Of a stretch of DNA of 64,000 bases, positions 1 through 11,870 are shown piece after piece. Numbering within the stretch: position 1 is the stretch's first letter; every line of letters starts with the position of its first letter. Origin of the DNA: Octopus sinensis (taxonomy: Eukaryota); contig NC_043021.1 of the NCBI RefSeq assembly GCF_006345805.1, positions 12,958,001 through 13,022,000 of the forward strand, in the 5' to 3' direction. The notes under the pieces are model-generated. The model did no database searches. It worked only from the letters and a program-made list of their open reading frames with translations, and was not told the DNA's origin. The translations under genes and the position numbers were made by a program.

Positions 1-772
1 CAAGTCTTTACCTGTTGTTAAGCTGCCAGTAAATATATTTGTTAATCAAACACACACACTCTCTCTCTCTCTCAACATATTTTTCTCTCAACAACAAAAA
101 CCTGTTTTTTTTTTCTTGAAACAAATCTTAATTCTATCCTTCACACATTCTTTCTCTCTCACTGAATTTCTCTCTCAACAACAACCTCTCATTATAGTGA
201 AGGTCATTTTTTTAAAGTTTGTCTCTATGTTGAAAGACATAGAGAAATACAGATACACACACACAAACAACAAAAAGAATAATTATCTATATTATTATAT
301 AGTGAAAGTATTTTTTAAGTCTGTGTTGCATAGTGTTGATAGACTTGCACTTAAAATTCCTGCATTTTTTATCAAAACTTGTTAGTTACAATGGTGACAA
401 CACTATTATCTATCTATCTTTCACACACACTCTCACTATCTTACTGTATTTCTTTCTCAATTACAACTTTTTCTTCTCCCCCTTCACATATTTCTTGTGA
501 TGGACAGGCAGATGGAGATCAGTTTCTCTTTTATGATATCAGATTTATGGTTAAAATGAATTTCTTTTTCGTAATAAGCATACAAAACTAAATCGGTATA
601 ACCAAATTTGAAAAAAACTGGAAGCTAACTGAAAAAAATATGAAGTCTGTGACAGCAGCTGAAAAGATCCAAACTAAGTAATTCACAAACCCCAAACAAT
701 ATTAAAGAATTATGTAAAATGTGTTGGTCATAAAAAAAGCCCTAAGCAAAGGAATGTAGAATGGTAACTTGC

Positions 773-853
773 CTGTACTCCATATAGTGGTTTCAGATTT
801 ACTGAGATTAAAGGTTTTTCTCCATTTACAGTCCAGTCCCAAAGGGAAAATTC
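773..853 (-). CDS. CFAP251: CFAP251/WDR66 exon with a GC donor; the gene continues off the left edge
   Basis: gatttag|EFSLWDWTVNGEKPLISVNLKPLYGVQ|gcaagt, versus human [27 protein letters not shown]. 81 nt. Confidence 0.85.
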
Positions 854-1884
854 CTAAATCAGGAAATAAAAAAAATTAAAATTTTTCTTTCACTCAAACA
901 GCTGATGTCGCCCTTTTCTATTCATTAATCAATTTAATCAATCATCCATTGTCCTCTTTCTTATTTTTCACCAATCAGCAACTTGTATTCATTTTGCTCT
1001 TAATCATCAATTACCCAGCTTTCCTTTTCTCATTTTTCATCAATCAACTATACCTGTCACCACCTTTCTTGTTTTTATCACTCATCAATCAGTCAGCGCC
1101 TTTCTCATTTTCATCAATCAGCAACATATCATCGCCTTTCTCATTTTCATCAATCAACAACATATCATCACCTTTCTTGTTTTTGTTAATCCACCACTCA
1201 TCATCTTTCTTATTTTTATGCCAGCTGCACATAAAAAGCACCATTTGAGTATGGTCAATGTGCCAGTGGCATGTAAAAAGCACCCATTACACTGTCAGAG
1301 TGGTTGGTGTTTTCAGAATAGATGTGTGATGTGCCGTACCTCGTGGAGAGGGAAAATGTTTTGAAAGGGCAAGGAAAAAAATATAACGAATTGAGAATTT
1401 TGGAAAACAAATAATGATTTTCTGGTGCTACTTTGGTATGTGATCTTAAAGGGTGATTATTTTTGGTTATTTTTTAGTTTACTTTCCATTTTCTAATGGA
1501 ACAACAGTAAAATTTTGCCAGCTTTGCATTGCAAAACTCATAGCTAGCAACCTTGGAAATAGATATGAGCACCACTCTTCTTCTTAACTAAACAGTTTGC
1601 TACAAAACTATCCAGATAAACCATTGAACATGTTGGGCATGAATGGATTGATGTACGGTATAGTTAAAAAAAATTTGCCAGTTTTCAGGTAGAAAAAGCT
1701 GGAAAAATTCTTTGCTTTCCTTTTTGTACCCACCCCAAAATCTATGACCCTGAATCTATACTAGAGGTCAATGAGACAATAGCAACTTTTATGATGCCAA
1801 TGAACTACTCAGAAGGACCGTTAAATCTTTGTGGAAGGCCACAACTGGACACGACTGATGAACAACCAATTCAATTTCACTTAC

Positions 1885-1990
1885 TTGATATTCACTTGCT
1901 GAGAGCGTGGCGAGGTATTTTGAGTCGGGTGTGAGAGCTATAGCTGTCATGCCATCAGCACTGGCACCAAACAGTGTTTGAATAGGAATG
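1885..1990 (-). CDS. CFAP251: CFAP251/WDR66 exon
   Basis: ctctttcag|C+IPIQTLFGASADGMTAIALTPDSKYLATLSASEYQ|gtaagt, versus human IPVHTIF...[22 protein letters not shown]. 106 nt, phase 2/0. Confidence 0.92.
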
Positions 1991-2153
1991 CTGAAAGAGA
2001 ATGACCAAGAGTTGAAGACTTCTTCCAGTTATGACAAGGCATTGAGAGGGATTTAGTAATGGTTACTGGCTTAGGCACAACACCAGTAATTTTTTGAGGG
2101 AGGGAGGGGAAGTTAGTTAATACCATCAACCAGTGCTTGGCTGGTACTTTCCT

Positions 2154-2193
<40 letters not shown>

Positions 2194-2636
2194 CAACAAC
2201 AACAACACCAACACCAGCACCACCACCACTAACAACAACGACAATAATAATGGTCTCAAACTTTTCCACAATCTTGGAGGAGAGTATGAGTCGATTATAT
2301 TAACCCCAGTGTTCAACTGGTACGTAGTTTATCGACCCTGAGAGAGATGAAAAGCAAAGTCGACCTCAGCAGAATTTGAACTCAGAACATAAAGATGGAC
2401 AAAATGCCATTATGCATTTCACCCAGTGTGCTAACAACTCTGCCACCTTACCACTTTAATAATAATGACGACGATAATAATAATAATAATTTCTGCTATA
2501 GTGACGAAAAGGTGATGCTCCAGCATGGCCACAGTCAAATGACTGAAACAAGTAAAAGAGTAAATATTCAAATATAATTCAATGAAAAGGAATGAAACTT
2601 TTGGTACCCACAAGAAAGAAAGAACATGGCACTTAC

Positions 2637-2740
2637 TAGGTATATGTGTCCCATATGATAACAGCACTATCCTTGCCTTTGTCTGCAGTTACAAGCCACT
2701 TCTTGTTCTGACTTACATAGATACAAATGATAGAATTTGC
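2637..2740 (-). CDS. CFAP251: CFAP251/WDR66 exon (WD40 repeat)
   Basis: ttttttcag|ANSIICIYVSQNKKWLVTADKGKDSAVIIWDTYT+TA|gtaagt, versus human [34 protein letters not shown]. 104 nt, phase 0/2. Confidence 0.92.
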
Positions 2741-3222
2741 CTGAAAAAAACACCATCCCAAGCCAAGTGTGAAAATAAAAAGAAAAAGAAAGAAAGATAA
2801 TTAATATATGTAGAGGTGTGGCTTTGTGGTAAGAAGCTTGCTTGTCAACCACATGGGTGAGGGTTCAGTCCCACTGCATGGCACCTAGGGCAAGCGCTTT
2901 CTACAATAGCCTGAGGCCAACCAAACACTTGTGAGTGGATTTGGGAGATGGAAACTGGAAGAAGCCATCATGTGTGTGTGTGTGTGTGTGTGTGCTGTGT
3001 CTTTGTGTCTGTGTTTGTCCACCACCACTTGACAACTGGTGTTGGTTTATTTATGTCCTTGTAACTTAGCAGCTCAGTAAAAGAGACCAATAGAATAAGT
3101 ACCAAGCTTAGAAATAAATTGCTGGGGGTCAATTCATCTGATTACAAACTCCTTGAGGTGGTTCCCTATCATGGCTGCACTCTCACGACTGATACAAGTA
3201 AGAGATAAAAAATACATGCATA

Positions 3223-3233
3223 CATACATACAT

Positions 3234-3316
<83 letters not shown>

Positions 3317-3438
3317 CACACATACATGCATACATACATACAAATATACATACATAATAACATACATACACACACACACACATACATACATACATACACA
3401 CATACATACATACATACATACACACATACATACATACA

Positions 3439-3469
<31 letters not shown>

Positions 3470-3480
3470 GTACATACATA
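3223..3480. repeat. Compound (CA)/(TA)/(TACA) microsatellite
   Basis: Direct reading of the sequence. Confidence 0.97.
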
Positions 3481-4056
3481 CATGGTGGCTGCCCCCTTGT
3501 TATCGAGTATGGCCATTGCACGAAGCTTAATCAATGTTCAATGTAGTTATCGTGCAATGCCTGTGCAAGAAGATTTTTTTTTTAAGTGAGGAAAGGCTGT
3601 GCACTGAGTCAATCCCACTCACTAAGCAACAGCAGCCATAATCCGAAATGAAGAACAAGTCGACATCATTGGTAACCACTGAGCCGCAGGTTTTATGACA
3701 GAGTTATCCCAGTTACCTGAATTACCTTCTCCTAGAAGGATGCCCTAACAAAGGCTAGGAGTCCTTCACTCCCAATGGTTTAACCACGCGATTGGGTATT
3801 CAGTCCAATCATTTCTATGTCCCTGCGCATGATACAGCCTTAAGACATTTATTGGATGGCCGTTGACTCTCAAGAGTTCCTCCACCCTTTGACGGGTTTT
3901 GTTTTTCATCCTGCAGGGTGTCCAATAAACACCCTCCTCACCAAGCAAGCTTGGTGGGGTTGCCGGTTTAGTCGCCGACGACTCGACATACATACATACA
4001 TACACACGCACATACATACATATATATTACAATGAAACCAATAATATCCAACTTAC

Positions 4057-4203
4057 ATGACCCTGTAAGATCCACTGTTTGTTGCTTACATAATCATACA
4101 TCACCGAAATGTGAGAACTGGCATAGACAACCATGGAACGATTGTCATCCGTGAGATTCTGGACAGGTATGTTTTTGTTGTAACCAAACGACCAACTGAT
4201 GTT
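4057..4203 (-). CDS. CFAP251: CFAP251/WDR66 exon
   Basis: ctttcag|NISWSFGYNKNIPVQNLTDDNRSMVVYASSHISVMYDYVSNKQWILQGH|gtaagt. Resembles remembered human WDR66 WSFGWNSSLPV...QYHLQGH. 147 nt, phase 0/0. Confidence 0.92.
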
Positions 4204-4555
4204 CTGAAAGTAACAAGAAAGAAATATGGTTACAATGGCAATCAAGTTTCACCTAATAAAATTCAGGCCAACATGTTTTAGTGTGCAAAACATATCGGAC
4301 AGTCTCTCTATAAAGGGGTGTTGAAAATTTACTGGCTTTGGACAAAAAAAAGTACAGGAGGATCAGTTAATTATGATTTTATTCAGCATATTCCCCTCTC
4401 AGATTCACACACTTATTGCAGCAATTCTTCAGCTTTCTAAGCCCTGTAAAAGAACTTAGAAGTTTGGGTCTCCAACAGAGGCCTTTCATGATACCCTTAA
4501 AGCCACACGCACACACACACACACACACACATCATCATCATCATCATCATCATCA

Positions 4556-5378
4556 TTTAGCGTCCGTTCTCCAAGCTAGCATGGGTTGGACGGTTCGACC
4601 GGGGATCTGGGAAGCCAGAAGGCTGCACCAGGCTCCAGTCTTATCTGGCAATGTTTCTACAGCTGGATGTCCTTCCTAACGCCAACCACTCCGTGAGTGT
4701 AGTGGGTGCTTTTTACGTGCCACATGTATATATATATGTATGTATATATGTATGTATGTATATATGTATGTATATATGTATGTATATATATATGTATGTA
4801 TATATATATGTATGTATATATGTATGTATATATGTATCATCATCATCATCATCATCGTTTAACGTCCGTTCTCCAAGCTAGCATGGGTTGGACGGTTCGA
4901 CCGGGGGATCTGGGAAGCCAGAAGGCTGCACCAGGCTCCAGTCTGATCTGGCAAGGTTTCTACAGCTGGATGTCCTTCCTAACGCCAACCACTCCGTGAG
5001 TGTAGTGGGTGCTTTTTACGTGCCACATGTATATATATATGTATGTATATATGTATGTATGTATATATGTATGTATATATGTATGTATATATATATGTAT
5101 GTATATATATATGTATGTATATATGTATGTATATATGTATCATCATCATCATCATCATCGTTTAACGTCCGTTCTCCAAGCTAGCATGGGTTGGACGGTT
5201 CGACCGGGGAATCTGGGAAGCCAGAAGGCTGCACCAGGCTCTGGTCTTATCTGGCAATGTTTCTACAGCTGGATGTCCTTCCTAACGCCAACCACTCCGT
5301 GAGTGTAGTGGGTGCTTTTTACGTGCCACATGTATATATATATATGTATGTATATATGTATGTATGTATATATGTATG

Positions 5379-5414
<36 letters not shown>

Positions 5415-5630
5415 TATGTATGTATATATGTATGTATATATGTATCATCATCATCATCGTTTAACGTCCGTTCTCCAAGCTAGCATGGGTTGGACGGTTC
5501 GACCGGGGGATCTGGGAAGCCAGAAGGCTGCACCAGGCTCCAGTCTTATCTGGCAATGTTTCTACAGCTGGATGTCCTTCCTAACGCCAACCACTCCGTG
5601 AGTGTAGTGGGTGCTTTTTACGTGCCACCT
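4556..5630. repeat. Tandem array of ~302-bp units (SINE 3' half plus TATG/TA microsatellite)
   Basis: The motif ttta(a/g)cgtccgttctccaagctagcatggg recurs near 4556, 4858, 5161 and 5461, with nearly identical intervening microsatellites. Confidence 0.92.
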
Positions 5631-6887
5631 GCACTGGTGCCAGGCGAGGCTGGCATCGGCCACAGTCGGATTGGTGCATTTTACGTGCCACTGGCACGGA
5701 AGCCAGTCGAGGCGGCATTTCACCTAATAAAATTCAGGCCAACATGTTTTAGTATGCAAAACATATCGGACAGTCTCTCTATGAAGGGGTGTTGAAAATT
5801 TACTGGCTTTGGACAAAAAAAAAGTACAGGAAGATCAGGTAATTATGATTTTATTCAGCATATTCCCCTCTCAGATTCACACACTTATTGCAGCAGTTTT
5901 TCAGCTTTCTAAGCCCTGTAAAAGAACTTAGAAGTTTGGGCCTCCAACAGAGGCCTTTCATGATACCCTTAAAGCCACACACACACACACATATACATCA
6001 TCATCATCATTTAGCGCCCGTTTTCCATGCTAGCATGGGTTGGACGGTTCTACTGGGGTCTGTGAAGCCAGAAGGCTACATCAGGCCCAGTCAGATCTGG
6101 CAGTGTTTCTACGGCTGGATGCCCTTCCTAACGCCAACCACTCCATGAGTGTAGTGGGTGCTTTTTACGTGCCACCCACACAGGTGCCAGACAGACATAT
6201 ACGAAATAATTTTTCAAGCATTTTCTATCTGAAAACTGTCAATTTTTTTTTAACTATACACTCTTCCAGGTAGGGCCCTTCAGCCATTGATGTCACTGAG
6301 CCTTTCCTTCCGGTTCACCTCATCCCCACACTCGTGCAGGTTGAAACGTAAAATGCTAAAGGAAGAAACCTAGCTGCTGCTTTCAATAAATACATCAAAA
6401 TCAAAACTTCTAATTTTTTTTTTTTGTTAAAAGTATTCTTTTCAACTGTCTACAAACACAGCCAAGCTGAAATAATTAATTCCAGGAGTGAATAAAAAAT
6501 TCTCAAACTTGAAAGGGATGAGCCCCTTGGATACTAACATGAGCCCCCATATATGGATTCTAGTGGCGCAGTGGCCCAATTGCCATTGGGCAAGCTGGCA
6601 ACCAGGCCAGTCCACCACTATACACACACACACACACAGGTGCATGTCACGTGTGCGAGCATCAACTTTCAAAAGATTTAATTTGAATGTCAGCCTCATC
6701 AATCGAGGGAGAAGAGATGGAGGCTGTGAATTAGTGCTACAAACATGGTTCCTTTTCCTTAGAATGAAATAAACAATTGTTTAGAAAAATTAGAACAAAA
6801 TAGAAGAAGAAGAAGAAGAAGAAGAAGAAGAAGAAGAAACAAAACAATAGAAACTGAAAGGAGAGAAGAGTTAAACATATACCTTAC

Positions 6888-7889
6888 CAATGCTAAATTA
6901 GGAAAAGTCTTTTTCTGGTGGTCAGATTCATCCATATATTCTGGTTTATCTTCTGGATCGTCTCCTCCAGCCCCTGGTTTTCCTGGAGGTATTGGTTTTG
7001 GTCCAGGTTCCACGCTATCTTCATCAATTGCTAGTTTCAAGTCGCTATCTTCTCTCCATAACTCGGTTTGTTCGGCTTCAATTTTATCGTCTCCCTCCAG
7101 TTTTTCTTGTGTCCCTACATCTCCTGCCAGTTCTCCTGTCCCTACAGCTCCCTCCGGTTTTTCTTCTGTCCCTACATCTCCTGCCAGTTCTCCTGTCCCT
7201 ACAGCTCCCTCCGGTTTTTCTTCTGTCCCTAATTCTCCTGCCAGTTCTCCTGTCCCTACAGCTCCCTCCGGTTTTTCTTCTGTCCCTACATCTCCTGCCA
7301 GTTCTCCTGTCCCTACAGCTCCCTCCGGTTTTTCTTCTGTCCCTAATTCTCCTGCCAGTTCTCCTGTCCCTACAGCTCCCTCTGGTTTTTCTTCTGTTCC
7401 TACATCTCCCTCACGTTTTTCCTCTATCCCTACATCTTCCATCAATTTTCCCTCCGCTTCTTCATCTCCCTCACGTTTTTCCTCTATCCCTACATCTTCC
7501 ATCAATTTTTCTTCCGCTCCTTCATCTCCCTCACGTTTTTCCTCTACCCCCACATCTTCCATCAATTTTTCTTCCGCTTCTTCATCTCCCTCACGTTTTT
7601 CTTCTTCCTCTGCATCTCCCCCCAATGTTTCTTCTGCTGTTACATCTACCGCTTCTTGCTCCGGCATTTCCACGCCTCCTCCACATTCTTCCACGTCTGT
7701 GTCTTCGTTTCCTCCACCTTCTTCTTCGTCTGTTGTATACAAATTCCTTTCCCCTGTACTTAATATGTTTTCAACTTCCTCACTTTCATCGATTCTCTCT
7801 TCATCTACCACATTTTTTATTTCTTCCGTTTCTGATTTCTCTTCTTCGTTAACTTCGTCGATCTTGTTATTGTCCGCCATTGCTGACAT
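6888..7889 (-). CDS. CFAP251: CFAP251/WDR66 coding exon 1: acidic, repetitive N-terminus. Start codon uncertain (ATG at 7922, 7889 or 7880).
   Basis: Open E/G-rich frame ends ...KKTFPNLAL at the donor TTG|GTAAGG and joins in phase 0 to the exon at 4203. Human WDR66 also has a long acidic N-terminus before the WSFG motif. Confidence 0.82.
7110..7640 (-). repeat. Coding tandem repeats: five 57-bp (19-aa) units and about three 60-bp (20-aa) units
   Basis: GTEEKPEGAVGTGELAG(EL/DV) x5 and EEKREGDEEAEEKLMEDVG(V/I)-like x3, visible in both DNA and translation. Confidence 0.9.
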
Positions 7890-7914
7890 GTGAAATAACA
7901 AAATAAACAAGGTT

Positions 7915-7928
7915 GTTGCCATATCAAC
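7915..7928. promoter_or_regulatory. Probable RFX X-box of the ciliary gene CFAP251
   Basis: GTTGCCATATCAAC has one mismatch to the consensus GTYNCY-AT-RGNAAC and sits at the 5' end of a flagellar gene. Confidence 0.6.
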
Positions 7929-8177
7929 GTTTTAAGTCTAACTCTACAAACAAAAGAGTTGTTTGAACGGCCGACTAATTTTATTATTCGATATCGATTC
8001 CTTTTACATTGTATAGATAAGGGCGCTAAATATGATTGTGCCACTAGAAATGTCTGACAAAAAAAAAAACCGTCCTGTACTCCTTTCTTATGATTTTGTA
8101 TGTTATGAGTACAAATCTCTCTGAAATTGCTTTTACCTTTCAGCTTTCCAGTAGGGAGATCGAAGAGATAAAATACT

Positions 8178-8410
8178 TATTTCTTTACTACCCACAAGGG
8201 GCTAAACACAGAGGGGACAAACAAGGACAGACAAACGGATTAAGTCGATTATTTCGACCCCAGTGCGTAACTGGTACTTATTTAATCGACCCCGAAAGGA
8301 GGAGAGGCAAAGTCGATCTCGGCGGAATTTGAACTCAGAACGTAGCGGCAGACGAAATACGGCTACGCATTTCGCCCGGCGTGCTAACATTTCTGCCAGC
8401 TTCGCCGCCT
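8178..8410 (-). mobile_element. ~230-bp SINE-like repeat (family C; other copies near 18940-19560, 21550-22160 and 27145-27310)
   Basis: Reverse complement of the copy at 19330-19560 (gcggcgagctggcagaaacgttagcacgccgggcgaaatgc...gagttcaaattccgcc). Has a B-box-like GAGTTCAAAT. Confidence 0.8.
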
Positions 8411-8797
8411 TTCGAAGAAATAAAATACTTCGAGGTCGCATCCCTCCCACCAATGGCCAAGAAAATTTATTCCAAAATTGTTTACGCGCTATTTATTTCA
8501 ATTGCTCAACTCTCTCTTTTTCGTATGTGCGTGTGTGTGCGCGCGCGCGATTTCTTCAGCATTCGCTCTAACAATACATTTGGATTAACAAAACTTATAA
8601 TGTACCAGCCTGCTCCCTCCAAGAAGATGTATGTGGTTTCTTTTATAACTGTGAATGGTCAAAGGTTGGAGACTCTCTAGATTTATTTATTTAGGAAGTA
8701 CCTAGGATCTGTTCCTTTTGAACGGCAGTTTTCAACACAATTTCTAGTTAACTAAACACTTTTAAACTTCGTATACTGGTAGAATGTGTCAAAATAA

Positions 8798-8845
<48 letters not shown>

Positions 8846-8915
8846 ATATATATATACAAAATAAGAAAATGGAGAAATACATCTAAATCAATTATCACTA
8901 CCAGATAATACCCAA

Positions 8916-9275
8916 GGGGCAATGGCCCAGTGGTTAGGGTAGCGGACTCGCGGTTTCGATTCCCAGACCGGCGTTGTGAGTGTTTATTGGGCGAAAACAC
9001 CTAAAGCTCCACTAGGCCCCCATCAGGGGGTGGTGGCGAACTCTGCTGTACTCTTTCACCACAACTTTCTCTCACTCTTTCTGTTTCTGTTGTACCTGTA
9101 TTTCAAAGGGCCAGCCTTGTCACACTCTGTGTCACGCTGAATCTCCCCGAGAACTACGTTAAGGGTACACGTGTCTGTGAAGTATTCAGCCACTTGCACG
9201 TTAATTTCACGAGCAGGTTGTTCCGTTGATTGGATCAACTGGAACCCTCGTCGTCGTAACTGACTGAGTGCCACG
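8916..9275 (+). mobile_element. tRNA-derived SINE-like element
   Basis: A-box-like TGGCCCAGTGG and B-box-like GTTTCGATTCC, followed by a non-tRNA body. Confidence 0.6.
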
Positions 9276-9493
9276 GTATATATTATACCTGATCGGTCTA
9301 AGGGAGATAACCAAAGATACTATAATTTATTGGCCCTCAGTATTACAAAATCAATACAAATCGCTTCTCTTACACGAATGTAGTATGACATTGGCAACGG
9401 TTGTGCAAAAGAGCAATTATGGCTCCAAAGAACATTACTGTGAGTAATTTCAATGAAAGACTCGAAAAAGTTTTGCTAGGAAATGAACATACA

Positions 9494-9891
9494 GGCGCAG
9501 GAGTGGCTGTGTGGTAAATAGCTTGTTTACCAACCACATGGTTCTAGGTTCAGTCCCACTGCGTGGCATCATGGGCAAGTGTCTTCTACTATAGCCTCGG
9601 ACCGACCAAAGCCTTGTGAGTGAATTTGGTAGACGGAAACTGAAAGAAGCCCGTCGTATATATGTATATATATGTATGCGTGTGTGTGTTTGTGTGTCTG
9701 TGTTTGTCCCCCTGGCATTGCTTGACAACAGATGCTGGTATGTTTACGTCCCCGTAACTTAGCAGTTCGGCAAAGGAGACCGATAGAATAAGTACTGGGC
9801 TTACAAAAGAATAAGTCCCGGGGTCGAGTTGCTCGATTAAAGGCGGTGCTCCAGCATGGCCGCAGTCAAATGACTGAAACAAATAAAAGAG
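9494..9891 (+). mobile_element. ~400-bp tRNA-derived SINE (family A; more than 12 full or partial copies in the window)
   Basis: Head ggcgcaggagtggctgtgtggta...ggttcagtcccactgcgtggc, then a MIR/CORE-like segment tgggcaagtgtctt, an internal microsatellite, and the tail gactgaaacaa(g/a)taaaagag. Near-identical copies at 30798-31205, 38442-38820, 44415-44790 and elsewhere. Confidence 0.9.
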
Positions 9892-9934
9892 TATACAAAT
9901 CTATAAACTCTGTTGTTGCTGACTCGAAAATTTT

Positions 9935-10380
9935 CAATTATCCGGTTGTGTTCTCAAACTCTCTTGGAACCACAAGGAGCTCCCCGCACATTGCCTTCGA
10001 TTGAAAATAGGCGCTCCAATCATGCCTCTGCAGAATTTTTCTCAATGACACAAGACTTGTTATGAAGAAATTAACGAGAAATGTCATAGAGACCACAATA
10101 ATTTCTGTCTGTGGAAAAGGCAAAGATGTTTTTATTCCTCGTTTACTTTTAATACCTTCCAATTCAAATGACTTCAATTTCCAATACATATGTCTTTTGC
10201 GATGTCCATTAATAAGTCCCAAGATCAGACTTTGAAATTTACTGCTTTGCAATTAGCGGAGAACTGATTTTTCACTCAGCTAGTTATATGTTGGGTTCCA
10301 GAGTGGGGAGCAAGGACAATCTTTTCGTTTTCGCTCTTACTGGTAAAACCCAAAACTTTGTCATAAGGAAGTTTTGTAGC
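9935..10380 (+). mobile_element. Degenerate Helitron helicase (PIF1-like C-terminus) remnant
   Basis: Broken frames give SNSLEPQGAPPHCLRLKIGAPIM, DTRLVMKKLTRNVIETTI...GKGKDVFIPRLLLIP, FAMSINKSQDQTL and SRVGSKDNLFVFALTGKTQNFV. These match the typical Helitron RepHel helicase tail. Confidence 0.75.
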
Positions 10381-10639
10381 ATGGGATAAACAAACTAAAA
10401 TTTGCAGAAGGAATAATAACTTTTAATTGATATTGTCAATGTCACATTATATTCCTCTAAGAAAAGCTACTTGTATTTTTGTTTGTAATACTTCAGTTCA
10501 ATAAATCATAGTACATATATTTGTAAGTTTTCCCCGAACTTACATTTAGTTATCTTGTACTAGACATAAGCCAAATTATGTATGATATTTGCTTCCTTTA
10601 AAGACTGAAATAGCAGAGATCATACACCAGATGTTTGTA

Positions 10640-11870
10640 TGCACAAACCTGTTGAATTGTTTACTGCTACAGAAGCTGAACGGGAGGTGGTAAGAATTGA
10701 TTACATCAACACTGAAGAAAATTATGTAATGCTAGCAATAGATGACATACACGCAAACTCAGCTGCTGGTCCTGATCGATTCCCAGCATTCCTCCTCAAG
10801 TCACGCAGAATCATTGCAGCTACTTTCTCGGAGTTTCTTTGCAAATGTTAAGCTTCTGGACAATATAAAGGAGGGAATAATATGCCCTATCTATAAAGGA
10901 GGAAGGGAAGCAGAGCAGATTCTAAAAACTATAGACTGCTCTGACTTCATACATCAGCAAAGTCAAGGAAAGGATCGTCCGAAGGAAATTAAGTGCTTTC
11001 CTTGAAGAGAATGACTTGCTGACTGACACCCAGCATGATTTTCGACCAGGTAGAAGCTGCTTGATACAGCTCTTGCAGCATTACGACCGGGTGCTAAAAC
11101 CCTGTGCTACCAACACATGAAGCTCAATGAAAAGCAGATAAGATACACTGACCCAGGAGAGATTCCAGTCCCTGAATCAAAATCACTGCGTGACCTGATT
11201 ATCGACATGAGTATTGATGCATCTTTACAGGTGCACGTTACTAAGTTGTTAATAAAATGCAGACGTCTAGACGGGTGGATCCTTTCAACTTTCAAAACAA
11301 GACAAAGGAAAACCATGATGCTCCTCTGGAGGACTTTCGTTCTCAGCCGTCTGGATTACTGCTTCCACTTGCGGTCACCAAACAGTCTAACGACGGAACT
11401 GGAGGTGATCCGGTGGAGCTACATAAGGAAGATCGATACGATGCGACATATCAGCTACTGGGAGACACTGAAAGAGTTAAGACTTTCTGCTCCCTGGAGC
11501 GAAGGTGGGAAAGATATGCAATAAAATACATCTGAAAAATCCTAGAAAAATTTGTTCCAAACTTTGTCATTGATACCATCACAAACAGTAGGACAGGGTG
11601 CTGCAACATTGCCATCAGGATGTAGGACGAGGTACTGTTTAGCTTCGCCTTCAAAGGTTCACAACTCTTCAATATCCTCCCACAAGGCCTGAGAGACCTG
11701 CATGTAGTGGATGTAGGATTTTTCAAAACAAAAGTATATTTCCTTCTGTCAAGAGTTCTGGATGAACCTACCTCTAGGCAAGAGACACAGATGAGGGCAG
11801 CAAAATCAAACTCTCTCATCCACTAAATGTCACATATCAGAGGACGTTTTGTGAAAGTGTAGCAAAGTAA
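10640..11870 (+). mobile_element. Degenerate non-LTR retrotransposon (CR1/L2-like RT region, internally deleted)
   Basis: Fragments NSAAGPDRFPAFLLK, IICPIYKGG, QHDFRPGRSCLIQLLQHYD and LWRTFVLSRLDYC...ISYWETLKEL, with frameshifts and stops. Confidence 0.8.

Noticed and set aside
379-700. Possible further CFAP251 exon
   Set aside because: I found no convincing match to the expected next WDR66 segment. The stretch at 300-540 resembles 39170-39330, so it is probably a repeat.
900-1220. Degenerate 36-bp repeat giving KGDDMLLIDENE on the minus strand
   Set aside because: There are no flanking splice signals in phase with CFAP251, so I treat it as an intronic minisatellite.
3134-3589. Several overlapping 87-125 aa ORFs rich in Y/I/H/T/M/C/V
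   Set aside because: They are translations of TA/CA/TACA microsatellites. The same applies at 25789-26360 and 57107-57351.
4556-5630. Regularly spaced repeats resembling a CRISPR array
   Set aside because: The context is eukaryotic, the units are ~300 bp, the spacers are near-identical microsatellites, and there are no cas genes.
4416-5795. Repeated ORFs with poly-His or poly-Ser and the motif LQLDVLPNANHSVSVVGAF
   Set aside because: They are reading frames through SINE family B and its (CAT)n tail, and recur wherever the SINE does.
6992-7852. 286-aa Leu/Pro-rich plus-strand ORF
   Set aside because: It is the antisense shadow of the repetitive CFAP251 exon.
8916-9000. tRNA gene candidates (also near 63372, 57570 and the family-A heads)
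   Set aside because: A- and B-box-like motifs are present, but I found no complete cloverleaf, and each continues into a SINE body.
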